DNA of 64,000 nucleotides from a virus, in UHGV virus genome UHGV-0041117, one strand, 5' to 3'. Below the pieces are notes generated by a model, which ran no database searches, had not been told where the DNA came from, and saw only the letters and a program-made list of their open reading frames with translations. The translations under genes and the position numbers were made by a program. This document shows positions 46,838 through 56,303 of the stretch, piece by piece; position 1 is the stretch's first letter, and each line of letters opens with the position of its first letter.

Positions 46838-47404
46838 CTACACCTTCGTGTCCGACCCGGACTGGCCCACGGGCTGCGGCATCGGCGCCGGCTTCTTTGA
46901 CTGGGCCTCAGCCGTATTCTGAGGCTCAGAAGCATGCGTCAGGGGTTCGAGCAAAGTACGGCTCCACTCCCTGTCGGTCGCCTGCTGGCGTTCAGCATCA
47001 GCGAGGATACCACCCAGAGCGCAGTTCAGGAAGTCCTGGGCGGACTGCCGGTTGGAGACAGCAGCAGGTTCCTTGAGGTAGTAAGCCATTTCCTGGAGGC
47101 GCAGGGAATGGACATCGGACGGTTCCGGCGGCCTGTAGTCATACAGACGGAAGCCTTTGAGCAGACGGGCCGGACGGATCTCATTGCCGTACATGGTAGC
47201 GGGAATTTCCACATCCACGACAGCCAGATAGAAGTGCTTGTCCTCACTCTGCCCCGGAAGTTTCACCTCGGAGCAGCCCACATTGAGAATACGCGCGCCA
47301 GTGAGGTCCGGCATCACGCTCATGGTATCCGCCGGGTCATATTGCAGATACCATCTGGAACCATTCCATTCGATAACTTGCGCAAACAGGGATTTGCTCG
47401 CCAT
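46838..47404 (-). CDS. hypothetical protein (188 aa)
   Basis: ORF. Confidence 0.55.
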   Translation of the reverse strand: MASKSLFAQVIEWNGSRWYLQYDPADTMSVMPDLTGARILNVGCSEVKLPGQSEDKHFYLAVVDVEIPATMYGNEIRPARLLKGFRLYDYRPPEPSDVHSLRLQEMAYYLKEPAAVSNRQSAQDFLNCALGGILADAERQQATDREWSRTLLEPLTHASEPQNTAEAQSKKPAPMPQPVGQSGSDTKV

Positions 47405-47428
47405 AAGTACATCTCTCCTTACCGATTG

Positions 47429-47986
47429 TTACAGACTCGCCCGAAGCATGGCAGCCAGCGTATGGACCATCTCACGATGTACGTCCGCAGCAGGCGCATG
47501 TTTTTTGAGCACGCCCACGAGTTCCTTGGATTCCATCTCGACGAGGCCGACCATATCCTTCCCTTCCAGGTAGGGCTTCCAAGTGTCCGGCGGATTCATG
47601 CTCACGGAGATGGCGGATTCCATCATCCCTTCCAGCTTCTCTTCGAACTTTCGGCTCGGGCGCATCAGGCCGGAAGCCGCATATCCCATGTGCGGATGCT
47701 GCGCTTCCATACGCTCCAGCTCGGCGAGCTCCTGAGAAAGCATGACCTTCCGCATATGGATGTCCTGGGGGTTGAACAGAGGCATACGCATCCCCCCGTA
47801 CCCGCCGTTATATGTCCGGTAGGCCGGGGATTCAAGGGGAGGCCAATCCCTGCTTTCCGGCATAGGGTAGTGTTCCTCGTGAGTTCCGTCAGTACCACCA
47901 CCGACGAAACCAATCATACGCCCCATAGGCTCAGTGTCACTCTCGGGGGGCGGCGTAGGTACGCCACGGAATCGAATAGTACCCAT
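47429..47986 (-). CDS. hypothetical protein (~185 aa)
   Basis: ATG MGTIRFRG internal to ORF 47429..48004. Confidence 0.5.
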   Translation of the reverse strand: MGTIRFRGVPTPPPESDTEPMGRMIGFVGGGTDGTHEEHYPMPESRDWPPLESPAYRTYNGGYGGMRMPLFNPQDIHMRKVMLSQELAELERMEAQHPHMGYAASGLMRPSRKFEEKLEGMMESAISVSMNPPDTWKPYLEGKDMVGLVEMESKELVGVLKKHAPAADVHREMVHTLAAMLRASL

Positions 47987-48057
47987 ATCACTTCTCCTTC
48001 GCATTTAAAAGGGCGGTGCGCTCGGAAAACGCACCGCCTCACCCATTTTGTTTCAGC

Positions 48058-48771
48058 TTAACGAGAAGCGGTACCACCCGAACTGGTGGTCGGGAGATGG
48101 GCCAGGATGGTCGTCAGCATGGACTGCATGTCGTTGCGGTTCTGCTGGGCCGTGCTGTTAGCCAGGTTGGTGTTGAAGTTCTGGGCTTCGAGCTGGGCGA
48201 TGCGGGCATCCTTAGCGCCCATTTCACGCAGCAGGCGTTCGCGGTCAATCTGGGCGATGAGTGCACGGGTGGCTTCGCCTTCCGCATGGATGGCGCTACG
48301 GGTCTCACAGCCCTGGCGTTCGATGTTGCGGTTGGTTTCGCAGCAGCAGTCGGAGATGAGCTGCTTGGTGGTGCAGCAGCAGTCCTTCTGGGCGGACACG
48401 ATATCGAACGTGTTGCGCATACCCTGCACTTCGTTGGCATGGGTAGCCGTGAGCTGGGCGATGGTGTTGTCTTTCTGCTGGAGCTGACCCTGGAGACCGG
48501 TGGTCAGAACGGCAGCTTCGGTACGGCTCTGGCCCTGGGCGAGCTGGGCGGCCACATTCTGGACAGACGAGATGGTACGACCGAAACCTTCGCAGAGCTG
48601 ACTGCCCAGATTGGCGACCTGCATGAGCTGGTCACGACCGATGGAATCCACGTCAGAACGCATGGTGGTCAGGGACTCCATCACATACTGGTTGCCGTTG
48701 GTGCCGCAGCAACCACCACCGCAGCAGTTGCCATTGTTCCAATTGCCACCACGACCCCAGGCGGAACCCAC
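48058..48771 (-). CDS. Gly/Cys-rich coiled-coil virion protein; reading frame continues upstream to an ATG at 48864 across an in-frame TGA (48808-48810)
   Basis: Track ORF starts GTG 48771; strong RBS AAGGAG plus ATG at 48864 in same frame, 18 codons then TGA; Gly-rich composition on both sides; CC/CCC cysteine clusters. Confidence 0.55.
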   Translation of the reverse strand: MGSAWGRGGNWNNGNCCGGGCCGTNGNQYVMESLTTMRSDVDSIGRDQLMQVANLGSQLCEGFGRTISSVQNVAAQLAQGQSRTEAAVLTTGLQGQLQQKDNTIAQLTATHANEVQGMRNTFDIVSAQKDCCCTTKQLISDCCCETNRNIERQGCETRSAIHAEGEATRALIAQIDRERLLREMGAKDARIAQLEAQNFNTNLANSTAQQNRNDMQSMLTTILAHLPTTSSGGTASR

Positions 48772-48946
48772 AGCACCACCGATGGCGCCACCGATGAGAG
48801 CGCCGCCTCAGTTGCCCATGCCGTTGTTGCCACCGATGTCGATAGTAGGCTGGAGACCTTCCATGAGAAAACTCCTTGTAAAATGTGACGATAACCCGGG
48901 AACAATACTCGGGCAGGTTTATGTAATCAGCGGGAAATCCGCTGAT

Positions 48947-49600
48947 TTACGCAGTAAAACGAACGAGGGCCGACACATAGGACTGATTCGTCATACCAGC
49001 GATAGCCAATTTCACAGCTTTACCTTTGAGTGCGCCAAGTGCCTGCGGAGAGTCATTCAGCGTGATGGGGTTGGCCCCGGATTCAGAACTCAGCGTAACC
49101 GTAATACCTCCGGTCCCAGAACCATCAGCCTCGATGTAGCTGAGAGTGACGTTGTTCCATTCACTTGCGAGGACAGTGTGAATGACCTCATCAGAAAATG
49201 CGAAATATAGCGGAAGGTTAGCAAAAGCGGAAGGCATCTGTGCGGCCAACCACTCCTGGTCTACCTGAATCACACCCTCTTCGGTAATGGTGATACCTTC
49301 CCCAGCCGTCAGCGACCCGCCGAGGGCTTCTTCAAGAGCCGTAAGGTCGATTTCCACCGCAATGGAATCACCCTGCAAAGGGGCCTCTGTTCCGGTATTG
49401 AACGTGAGGATACCCCCCGCGCTCTTGAGCAGAAACTTATCGGGGACCATGGGGTGTCCGCCAGCAGTCGAACCGTCATGAACGACCACGACCTGCTTGT
49501 CGGTGTCGACGGTGAGCTCACCGGGGAGGCCCTTGTATGTTTTGTGCTGGGCAGTCGTCCCCCTGAACTGCTGGATAGGACTGGAGTTGTTTCTCGCCAT
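48947..49600 (-). CDS. tail fibre-family protein (217 aa) with conserved fibre N-terminal domain
   Basis: N-terminal IQQFRGTTAQH..GELTVDTDKQVVVVHDGSTAGGHPM shared with gene 49717..51075. Confidence 0.65.
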   Translation of the reverse strand: MARNNSSPIQQFRGTTAQHKTYKGLPGELTVDTDKQVVVVHDGSTAGGHPMVPDKFLLKSAGGILTFNTGTEAPLQGDSIAVEIDLTALEEALGGSLTAGEGITITEEGVIQVDQEWLAAQMPSAFANLPLYFAFSDEVIHTVLASEWNNVTLSYIEADGSGTGGITVTLSSESGANPITLNDSPQALGALKGKAVKLAIAGMTNQSYVSALVRFTA

Positions 49601-49716
49601 ATGTGTATACCTACCTCTTTACATACTGCGTTAGGAGGGGACGTATAGAAAACTACCCTCTCGAACAAGAGGGTGCAGCCGTAGGACTTTCCTCGGCTGC
49701 ACCCATGGTGAAACGC

Positions 49717-51075
49717 TTAGGCGTCCATGGTGCCGTAGTCGGAATAGACCATCAGCTTGCCATTGTCGCACTGAATCTGGTTGCCGGCGGTTTCGGAAAT
49801 CATGGAACAGCCCAGAGAGCCATCCGGGTTGTCGACCATGCCGTTGACGATGTTCTTCACCGAGTCCGTAATGTCGGCTTCCGTGAGCAGGGCGCCCTTG
49901 TCAGTACCAGTCTTGATGAGGTTGCCGCCGTCGGCAGACACGACCTTCACAGACAGTTTGCCGTCGGCACCGGCCTTGATAGCGTTGTCGGTGTCGGAAG
50001 AAATCGTGTTGGTGAAGTCCACCACGATGTTGCCGCTTTCGTCGAACTTGATACCGGTGCCCAGCTTGGCAGAGATGGTATGCCCCGAAATGGTGATACC
50101 CTGACCGGCGGTGTACACATCCACGAGGTCGGTCACATCCACATAGGTGTCAGCCACGGAACCATCGGACAGGGCCCAGATAAAGTGCAGGTACACACCG
50201 GATTTCAGGCCCACCCCAGGCGTGAAGCTGACAGTGCCGCTGACCGTGGTACCGCTGACCGCGAACGGGACAGAAGCGGACGACGTGTCATCGAACGTCA
50301 CCGTGGCCGGGCTGGAGCCACCTTCCGCAGTCTTGTCGTCGCCGTTGAACACAGCACGCACAGCAGCGACCGAGGTACCGCCTTCGGCCAGCTCGGTGGA
50401 GTATTCGGCAGTACCGGCGGAACCCTTGGTGGTCGTCACCTGGACACCCACGGCATCAGACCAGGCGCCGTTCTGGTCGCGGAAAATCAGGGTCAGGTGG
50501 TAGTCGCCTTCGACAGTTTCACCACCGGCATCGGGCTTACCATCCGTCAGTTCCACACCCTTGAGCACGGAAGTGCTGGACGGGATGGTCACGTTGGCGA
50601 CTTCGGTGGAACCGTCATGGCCGATGAGTTTCAGCTTACCGGAGGGCTGGTCGTAGGTCATGCTGAGGTCAGCAGCAACCTTGCCCTCGGCGTCATGCAG
50701 AATCTTGTCGCCTGCGCGGATGATGAGGTTGGCGTCGGGAGCCTTGGCATACAGCTTATTGTCAGTACCCACGGACAGACCGTTGTTGGCGTCGGTGGAC
50801 ACCAGGTCGGTAGCCACCGTGGTCATGTCCAGGGTGAGCGCCACATCGCCAGCGAGGGTGCCCTCGGTGGAGCCGTTCACTTTCAGATGGGTGTCGCCAG
50901 TAACCTTGCGGTCTTCACGGGCCATAGGGATACCACCGGCGGTGGTACCGTCGTGGACGACCACAACCTTCTTATCGGTATCGACAGTCAGTTCGCCGAC
51001 TTTGCCGGTGTACGAGGCATGCTGCGCAGTCGTACCACGATACTGCTGGATAGCGTCGGGAGTTTTACGAGCCAT
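49717..51075 (-). CDS. tail fibre protein (452 aa)
   Basis: Same N-terminal fibre domain; beta-rich Gly/Thr/Ser repeats; central region paralogous to 51144..52682. Confidence 0.7.
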   Translation of the reverse strand: MARKTPDAIQQYRGTTAQHASYTGKVGELTVDTDKKVVVVHDGTTAGGIPMAREDRKVTGDTHLKVNGSTEGTLAGDVALTLDMTTVATDLVSTDANNGLSVGTDNKLYAKAPDANLIIRAGDKILHDAEGKVAADLSMTYDQPSGKLKLIGHDGSTEVANVTIPSSTSVLKGVELTDGKPDAGGETVEGDYHLTLIFRDQNGAWSDAVGVQVTTTKGSAGTAEYSTELAEGGTSVAAVRAVFNGDDKTAEGGSSPATVTFDDTSSASVPFAVSGTTVSGTVSFTPGVGLKSGVYLHFIWALSDGSVADTYVDVTDLVDVYTAGQGITISGHTISAKLGTGIKFDESGNIVVDFTNTISSDTDNAIKAGADGKLSVKVVSADGGNLIKTGTDKGALLTEADITDSVKNIVNGMVDNPDGSLGCSMISETAGNQIQCDNGKLMVYSDYGTMDA

Positions 51076-51143
51076 AAATCACTCCATAGTTTGAAGCCCG
51101 GGCCCTATGCCCAGGCCGTATCAATGTTACTCTGGTGGCCGCA

Positions 51144-52682
51144 CTAATTAGTAGCCGGCATATCCCCACGGTCCATGGGCGTGTAGGCGCCCTTGTCCGA
51201 GCCAGACACCAGAAGGTTGTCCTTATCCGCAGACACGACAACGACCTTGAGCTTCTTGTCCGAGCCAAGGCGAAGCACGTTATCACTGTCAGCGGAAAGC
51301 AGCTTGGAACAGTCAATCCCGATGGAACCGTCGGTGTTAATCACGATAGGGCTGTCTTCGCCCGTACCCAGGTCAAGAACAAGGTTGTTGTCCTTGAGAG
51401 TCAGACCAGAACCAGGAGAGACCCCAAGACCACTCACCGGGTCACATTTGATAGCTCCCTCGGGATGGAGCTTCACGGACACTTCCCGGCTGGCGCTGAT
51501 GTCGATACCACACCCGGCCCTGTAGATGTCGACAAGAGCCGACACATCCACATAGACATCCTGCACAGTACCGACAGCCAGCGCATACACGAAGACCAGA
51601 TAGGTTCCCGGAATGAGCCCGACGCCAGGCTCGAAAATAACTTCGAGCCGCGTAGCCTCCGGCGTCACGATAATACGGGTGCCGTCAGCAAACTGGAGTG
51701 CTGCGGTGCCGTCGATGAAAAACTGCTCCGCCGTCTGCCCATTGAAAATACCGCGAACCCGGACAGCACCCATGCCCGCAACAGATTCGATACTAGTCGA
51801 CACGGCTGCGCTTTTATGCGTCCGCACCGTGGCCGGGACAGGGTCGCCCCAGACGCCATCGGCCTGGGCGAACATGAGCGAAAAATGGTAGTCGCCCTCG
51901 ATGTCCTCACCGCTCTCACTGGGCATACCATCCACGAGGTAAACACCCTTGAGCGAAGAGCTTGCTCCGGGGACGCGCACCGTGGAAATCACAGTCTGAC
52001 CATCATGGCCCAGGATGTCGAGCTTGCCGGTGTCAGGCGAATACGCCAGCGAGAGCTCGGAGGAAATGCGCCCGTCCTTGTCTTCGTACAGGATAGCATC
52101 GCCCCGATTCAGGATGTCATCCATGGACAGGTACACACCCTTGTCGGAGCCGGGATGTACCAGGTTCCCCTCATCTTGAGAGATGACAGGGAGATTGTCC
52201 TGGATGTTTTCCTTGGTCAGAATGATTTTTCTGTCGACAGGGTCGATGGTCAACAGATTGGTGTGTCCATTGGACAGCATGTCATTAGGCGTGAGCTTCG
52301 CCCCGCCATCACTTCCGACCGTGACCAGGTTATCAGTATCCGCAGAAACCACGGTCTGGTCGACGAACAAGCCACCATCACTGCCAACCTGCAGTTCATT
52401 CCCGCTGTCCCTGGAAACAAGGCCCTCGGCAGTAGCCGACATGTCCGGGACGTACAACATTCCGCCGCGCACCCTCAAAGCATTACCAGCTTCGGGAGAG
52501 ACAAAATCACCAGCGCGGACAGTCAGGCCCTCGGAGTCAGATTTCAGAAGGTTAGGTGCCCCGGAAGAATCGGCGCCGCCCAAAGGAAGGGCTGCTACGT
52601 CAACGAACTGCCCGTCAGGGAGCTCGGAAAACTGCTTATTCGCCGGGTCGCGAACAATGGGGCGCTTCATAGGTTTCGCCAT
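51144..52682 (-). CDS. tail fibre / receptor-binding protein paralog (512 aa) lacking the conserved N-terminal domain
   Basis: RBS AAAGGAGA; LSLAYSPDTGKLDILGHDGQTV...GEDIEGDYHFSLMF aligns with LSMTYDQPSGKLKLIGHDGSTE...GETVEGDYHLTLIF of neighbour. Confidence 0.7.
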   Translation of the reverse strand: MAKPMKRPIVRDPANKQFSELPDGQFVDVAALPLGGADSSGAPNLLKSDSEGLTVRAGDFVSPEAGNALRVRGGMLYVPDMSATAEGLVSRDSGNELQVGSDGGLFVDQTVVSADTDNLVTVGSDGGAKLTPNDMLSNGHTNLLTIDPVDRKIILTKENIQDNLPVISQDEGNLVHPGSDKGVYLSMDDILNRGDAILYEDKDGRISSELSLAYSPDTGKLDILGHDGQTVISTVRVPGASSSLKGVYLVDGMPSESGEDIEGDYHFSLMFAQADGVWGDPVPATVRTHKSAAVSTSIESVAGMGAVRVRGIFNGQTAEQFFIDGTAALQFADGTRIIVTPEATRLEVIFEPGVGLIPGTYLVFVYALAVGTVQDVYVDVSALVDIYRAGCGIDISASREVSVKLHPEGAIKCDPVSGLGVSPGSGLTLKDNNLVLDLGTGEDSPIVINTDGSIGIDCSKLLSADSDNVLRLGSDKKLKVVVVSADKDNLLVSGSDKGAYTPMDRGDMPATN

Positions 52683-53193
52683 TGGTGTCTCCTTTACGCC
52701 CGCAACAGGCCATGCACCGGGCGCAGTCGTTCTGGAACGGGCACTGCTGTTTATGCTGCTCGCGTTGTGCGGGCGTCATCTTTTTACGCAGCTCGTTAAT
52801 ATCGTTACCGTCCATCATGTCGATGAATTTATACCCAGACTTCCACCGTATAAGTGCGTCTACAGCTTTCATGCCCCCAGCGGAAAGAAAAATCGTCAAC
52901 CCGAGGTCTGTCTCAGGAGACCGCGTTAGACCAAAAAACGGGAGGCATAATACTACGCCTACGGCCACGATAGCCATAAATGCGCTGGAAAACAGGATAT
53001 TGAAAAAAATGCTGCAAAAATCCCGGTGCAGGTAGCTGCGCTTCACGCCATGCCAACCCTGATACATAGCAATGACGAAAGCACCTGCGATGAGCGGCCA
53101 CAACTCGACAAGCAGATTCAAATAGGTACTACTGCGCCCCGTGATGGTGTCAGGAGAAACGGGAGGAATACTCATAAATTGTGGACCGGACAT
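52636..53193 (-). CDS. holin-like membrane protein (2-3 TM)
   Basis: Downstream of endolysin; hydrophobic segments LLVELWPLIAGAFVIAMYQGW and FCSIFFNILFSSAFMAIVAVGVVLCLPFFGL; start ambiguous (53193 or 53229); lower GC. Confidence 0.5.
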   Translation of the reverse strand: MSGPQFMSIPPVSPDTITGRSSTYLNLLVELWPLIAGAFVIAMYQGWHGVKRSYLHRDFCSIFFNILFSSAFMAIVAVGVVLCLPFFGLTRSPETDLGLTIFLSAGGMKAVDALIRWKSGYKFIDMMDGNDINELRKKMTPAQREQHKQQCPFQNDCARCMACCGRKGDTNGETYEAPHCSRPGE

Positions 53194-53200
53194 AGTTTGT

Positions 53201-53689
53201 TTACCACGACATGGCCATGACTTCGTCATAGCTGGAACGACGGACCAGACCGCCTACACGCTTGAACTTCACCGCGCGCTCATCTTCGCGCCCGCGCACG
53301 ATGGCCACGTGAATCCATCCCCCAGGGAGGTTCTCTGCGATGAGTTCGGTGAAAGGCAGATTTTCAGCGATAAAAGCAAAGATGTCCCGCAGCGATACAT
53401 CCGCCGACACCGGCTCGATGTCAGCGGCCGCGCCAGAGCAGTGATGGGAGGTTTTGGAAGAGCCGGGAATGGCACGATTCAGCGCGGCACTACGATACCC
53501 AGAAGTCACCCGGATAGGACCAAAATGGTCTCGCACAGGCTGCAAGACAGTCCTCGCCAGGTACTCCATATTATCCCAAACACACTGGTCATCAGGGATG
53601 TTTTGGATACCCTCACGCACCGCAGTGTCCGAATGCAGGAGCTCTTCGTAAGTGAAGTTCGGGGCCCCAGGAATAGGTCCATGTTCCAT
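53201..53689 (-). CDS. endolysin, peptidase M15 (L-alanyl-D-glutamate peptidase / VanY-like)
   Basis: RBS AGGAGG then ATG 53689 (MEHGPIPG); Zn-binding motif SKTSHHCSGAAADIEP (SxHxxGxAxD). Confidence 0.75.
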   Translation of the reverse strand: MEHGPIPGAPNFTYEELLHSDTAVREGIQNIPDDQCVWDNMEYLARTVLQPVRDHFGPIRVTSGYRSAALNRAIPGSSKTSHHCSGAAADIEPVSADVSLRDIFAFIAENLPFTELIAENLPGGWIHVAIVRGREDERAVKFKRVGGLVRRSSYDEVMAMSW

Positions 53690-53957
53690 GGCGGGAAACC
53701 TCCTAAAAAAAGCGGGCGACACGTACCTTGTAGTATCACTACTAGAGGTCCGTGCTCGCCCGCTCTGATGTATTACTACAACCGGGGTCCTTCCGTGTCA
53801 ATATCCATCAGGATGCTTGAGGCGCTCCTTGAGCTGTTCCACATCCTCGATAGTCACAGAGTCCCTCTGCCAGGTAGAAACGATGGACTGCACCGCAGGG
53901 AGCCCGTACATGGCTACGAGCTCCAGAATCTGCAGCACCAGTTTGATGTCAATGGCG

Positions 53958-54359
53958 TTACTCATGGCTAACCTCCTTCACATCCACGCCAAGGTCAATG
54001 GCGGCCTTGAGCAGTTCCTGCAAATCCCCCGCCATCTTATCGACGAGAGCCTTGAGATTTTCACGCTCAGTAGCCCCCGGAGACGAGAGACCCTCAGACG
54101 CGCGCATGTACGTCAGAAGACCGCTGACAGCGACCTGATACGCGTCGTAATATACCAGAGCGGCGTCCTTGAGCTTCGCCCAGTCATCATCCTGGAGTTT
54201 GCCCTGAGAGTGCATGTCACTGGCAGCAGTCATCACCGTGTCGTAGGTGATGGCACTGGTCTCCAGCGTTTTGTATGCCGTGAGCGCGATTTCATCCTGG
54301 GCCGCGCAGCCCACCAGACTGGCCGTGAGCGCCACAACGACGAAGAAATAACGGAACAT
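53958..54359 (-). CDS. lipoprotein (signal peptide plus lipobox LVGC)
   Basis: RBS AAGGAGG; MFRYFFVVVALTASLVGC; 133 aa. Confidence 0.6.
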   Translation of the reverse strand: MFRYFFVVVALTASLVGCAAQDEIALTAYKTLETSAITYDTVMTAASDMHSQGKLQDDDWAKLKDAALVYYDAYQVAVSGLLTYMRASEGLSSPGATERENLKALVDKMAGDLQELLKAAIDLGVDVKEVSHE

Positions 54360-54373
54360 ATACGAACCTCCTT

Positions 54374-54778
54374 TTACACTTTACCGCGTGTGATGACCAG
54401 CGGGCGGCCCTTAATCCACCCCTTGTCGCTGAAAGCCGTGAGATGCACCTTAGTCCCATCATCAGTAACCAGGTCATAATGGTACGGCGCATTGCCAGGG
54501 CTGGAAGCATAATACGCCGTATACTGCTTTCCCTTGTATGTCACACGCATACCGTGACGACAGTCTTCTTCGGTATGGTGCGCGTGGAAGTCGTAATCAT
54601 TCTGTCGCCACTCCTGCCCAGCAGCAAGGACAGGCGTAGTCACAGTACCCAAATCGACGAAATATTTAGGAGTGCTGCCGTTACAATCATTTTTGGCGAG
54701 TTCGATACGCATGGAAAGAGCCGCCGGTTCGGGCGTCATATCCCCATAATCACTCGCGACATAAGCAAAATTTTTCAT
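54374..54778 (-). CDS. hypothetical protein (~134 aa)
   Basis: RBS GGAGTAG then ATG (MKNFAYV); lower-GC region. Confidence 0.5.
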   Translation of the reverse strand: MKNFAYVASDYGDMTPEPAALSMRIELAKNDCNGSTPKYFVDLGTVTTPVLAAGQEWRQNDYDFHAHHTEEDCRHGMRVTYKGKQYTAYYASSPGNAPYHYDLVTDDGTKVHLTAFSDKGWIKGRPLVITRGKV

Positions 54779-54817
54779 AGGTATTCTACTCCACATACGA
54801 TAAAGAACAGACGAAAT

Positions 54818-54845
54818 TTGCACTTGCCTAAAACGATATTATAAG
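54818..54845 (+). promoter_or_regulatory. sigma70-like promoter for low-GC forward cassette
   Basis: TTGCAC-16 bp-TATAAG in AT-rich divergent intergenic region. Confidence 0.4.
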
Positions 54846-54888
54846 GGAAACTACCGAATGTCCATAACGGTGAACAAGGAGTGTAAAT

Positions 54889-56280
54889 ATGGATAACCTC
54901 GTTATGCAAGGGTATAAAAGCGGACTCAAAATCGTCCCCACTATCCCTCGCTACGATAACTCCGGTACAGAAATCACCGACGCCAATTATTGGCCGGTGC
55001 CTATTGATAGTGTATTCAGAACTAATTACGGGTTCAACGTCTACACTGGGAATGGTAAACTCGTAACTACGACCGATACGACCAAACGCTTCATTGTTAC
55101 CGATTACGGCGGATTCACCCCCAAGAACCCGCAAGAATCCTACAGCGCGCAGGAACTCTACAACCTCGTACTCGACGCCAGAGGTCTCACCCACGGGAAA
55201 AACTACGCCTTGTCTATCCTGGACAGCACGACAGGGAAATCGGGGCGTGTTATTCTTACCGCATCCGACAATACCGCACGCCTAACGTATGCGCTCACTC
55301 TGCAACTCGAAGACGCCGACGGTAATCTTTTGTCGAACAAAGCTGTGGCTGTGAACAAATGCGCCTGGCATGTACTTCCTGACGGAACCAATACGGGGAC
55401 ATTCTCCCTCGAACCCGACATCGTCGTTCCAGGTATGACCATCCTCGACCCCGGGAACTTGCCCGCACAAATCTACCTGCGATACAGCCTCTATGTCGCC
55501 CCGTTCATGGGGCACATTTTCGGCGGCGCCACAGGAGACGAAAACACCAACCGTATCGAACTCACTAGCGATGGTTGGAACGTCAATACAAACAAAACAG
55601 TCACACTCAACTTTGGCCCCGGCATTCTCAATTTTGATTTCTGGTGTTTCCCTGGAGACCCCGACATCCTCTCCAAAGCCAATGCTAAACGGTACAGAGT
55701 CCAGATAGCTTCCGAATGGACAGTTGATGTAACCCTCCACAGACATTCTAACATCCAAAACAACATCGACAGTATTACTGTTACATCGTCTAAACCCTGG
55801 GTCTTTGAACTCTCCAAATCTTCTCTTGAAGAATGTGACAGGGAACCCAAACCGGTCGAAGACTTCACACTCAACACCTTGACCATACATGGTACTTTCG
55901 GTTCCGCAGGTTCCGGTTGGCTCGATGAAGGAAGTATCGTTGATATATTCTCTGGTACCAACACACACTTCCCCATCTCCGGCAAAGTATCTTCTGGTGA
56001 TGTAAAAGGTCAGAGTTACCCTGCCAGCGTCGGAGGCGGAGACCATACTTCCTACACATATGATATGGCCCGGGTCACAGTCAATGGTAAGGTATTTGAG
56101 TTCCCGCTTTCCAGATACAATACCTGGGTGTTCGATAACTATATCACCCCTCAGGAACTCCCCGGTCTTGCCATAGGTATCTGTATCAGCAATTCCCCCT
56201 CTATGGGGTTCATCATATACTTCTTCGTCGGAAGTTCTTCCAATGTCGAAGAATGGCTCGAATACTCCAGAAATAGGTAA
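54889..56280 (+). CDS. tail fibre / receptor-binding-like protein (463 aa) in low-GC cassette
   Basis: RBS AAGGAG; ~47% GC vs ~63% background; beta-rich Thr/Asn/Gly composition. Confidence 0.6.
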   Translation: MDNLVMQGYKSGLKIVPTIPRYDNSGTEITDANYWPVPIDSVFRTNYGFNVYTGNGKLVTTTDTTKRFIVTDYGGFTPKNPQESYSAQELYNLVLDARGLTHGKNYALSILDSTTGKSGRVILTASDNTARLTYALTLQLEDADGNLLSNKAVAVNKCAWHVLPDGTNTGTFSLEPDIVVPGMTILDPGNLPAQIYLRYSLYVAPFMGHIFGGATGDENTNRIELTSDGWNVNTNKTVTLNFGPGILNFDFWCFPGDPDILSKANAKRYRVQIASEWTVDVTLHRHSNIQNNIDSITVTSSKPWVFELSKSSLEECDREPKPVEDFTLNTLTIHGTFGSAGSGWLDEGSIVDIFSGTNTHFPISGKVSSGDVKGQSYPASVGGGDHTSYTYDMARVTVNGKVFEFPLSRYNTWVFDNYITPQELPGLAIGICISNSPSMGFIIYFFVGSSSNVEEWLEYSRNR

Positions 56281-56303
56281 CAAATAAACAAAAGGATTCT
56301 ACA

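Noticed and set aside
48808-48810. Selenocysteine insertion at the in-frame TGA
   Set aside because: No convincing SECIS-like stem-loop is present 10-20 nt downstream beyond generic GC-rich pairing, and there are no selA/selB/selC genes; a pseudogene, readthrough or reinitiation are more parsimonious.
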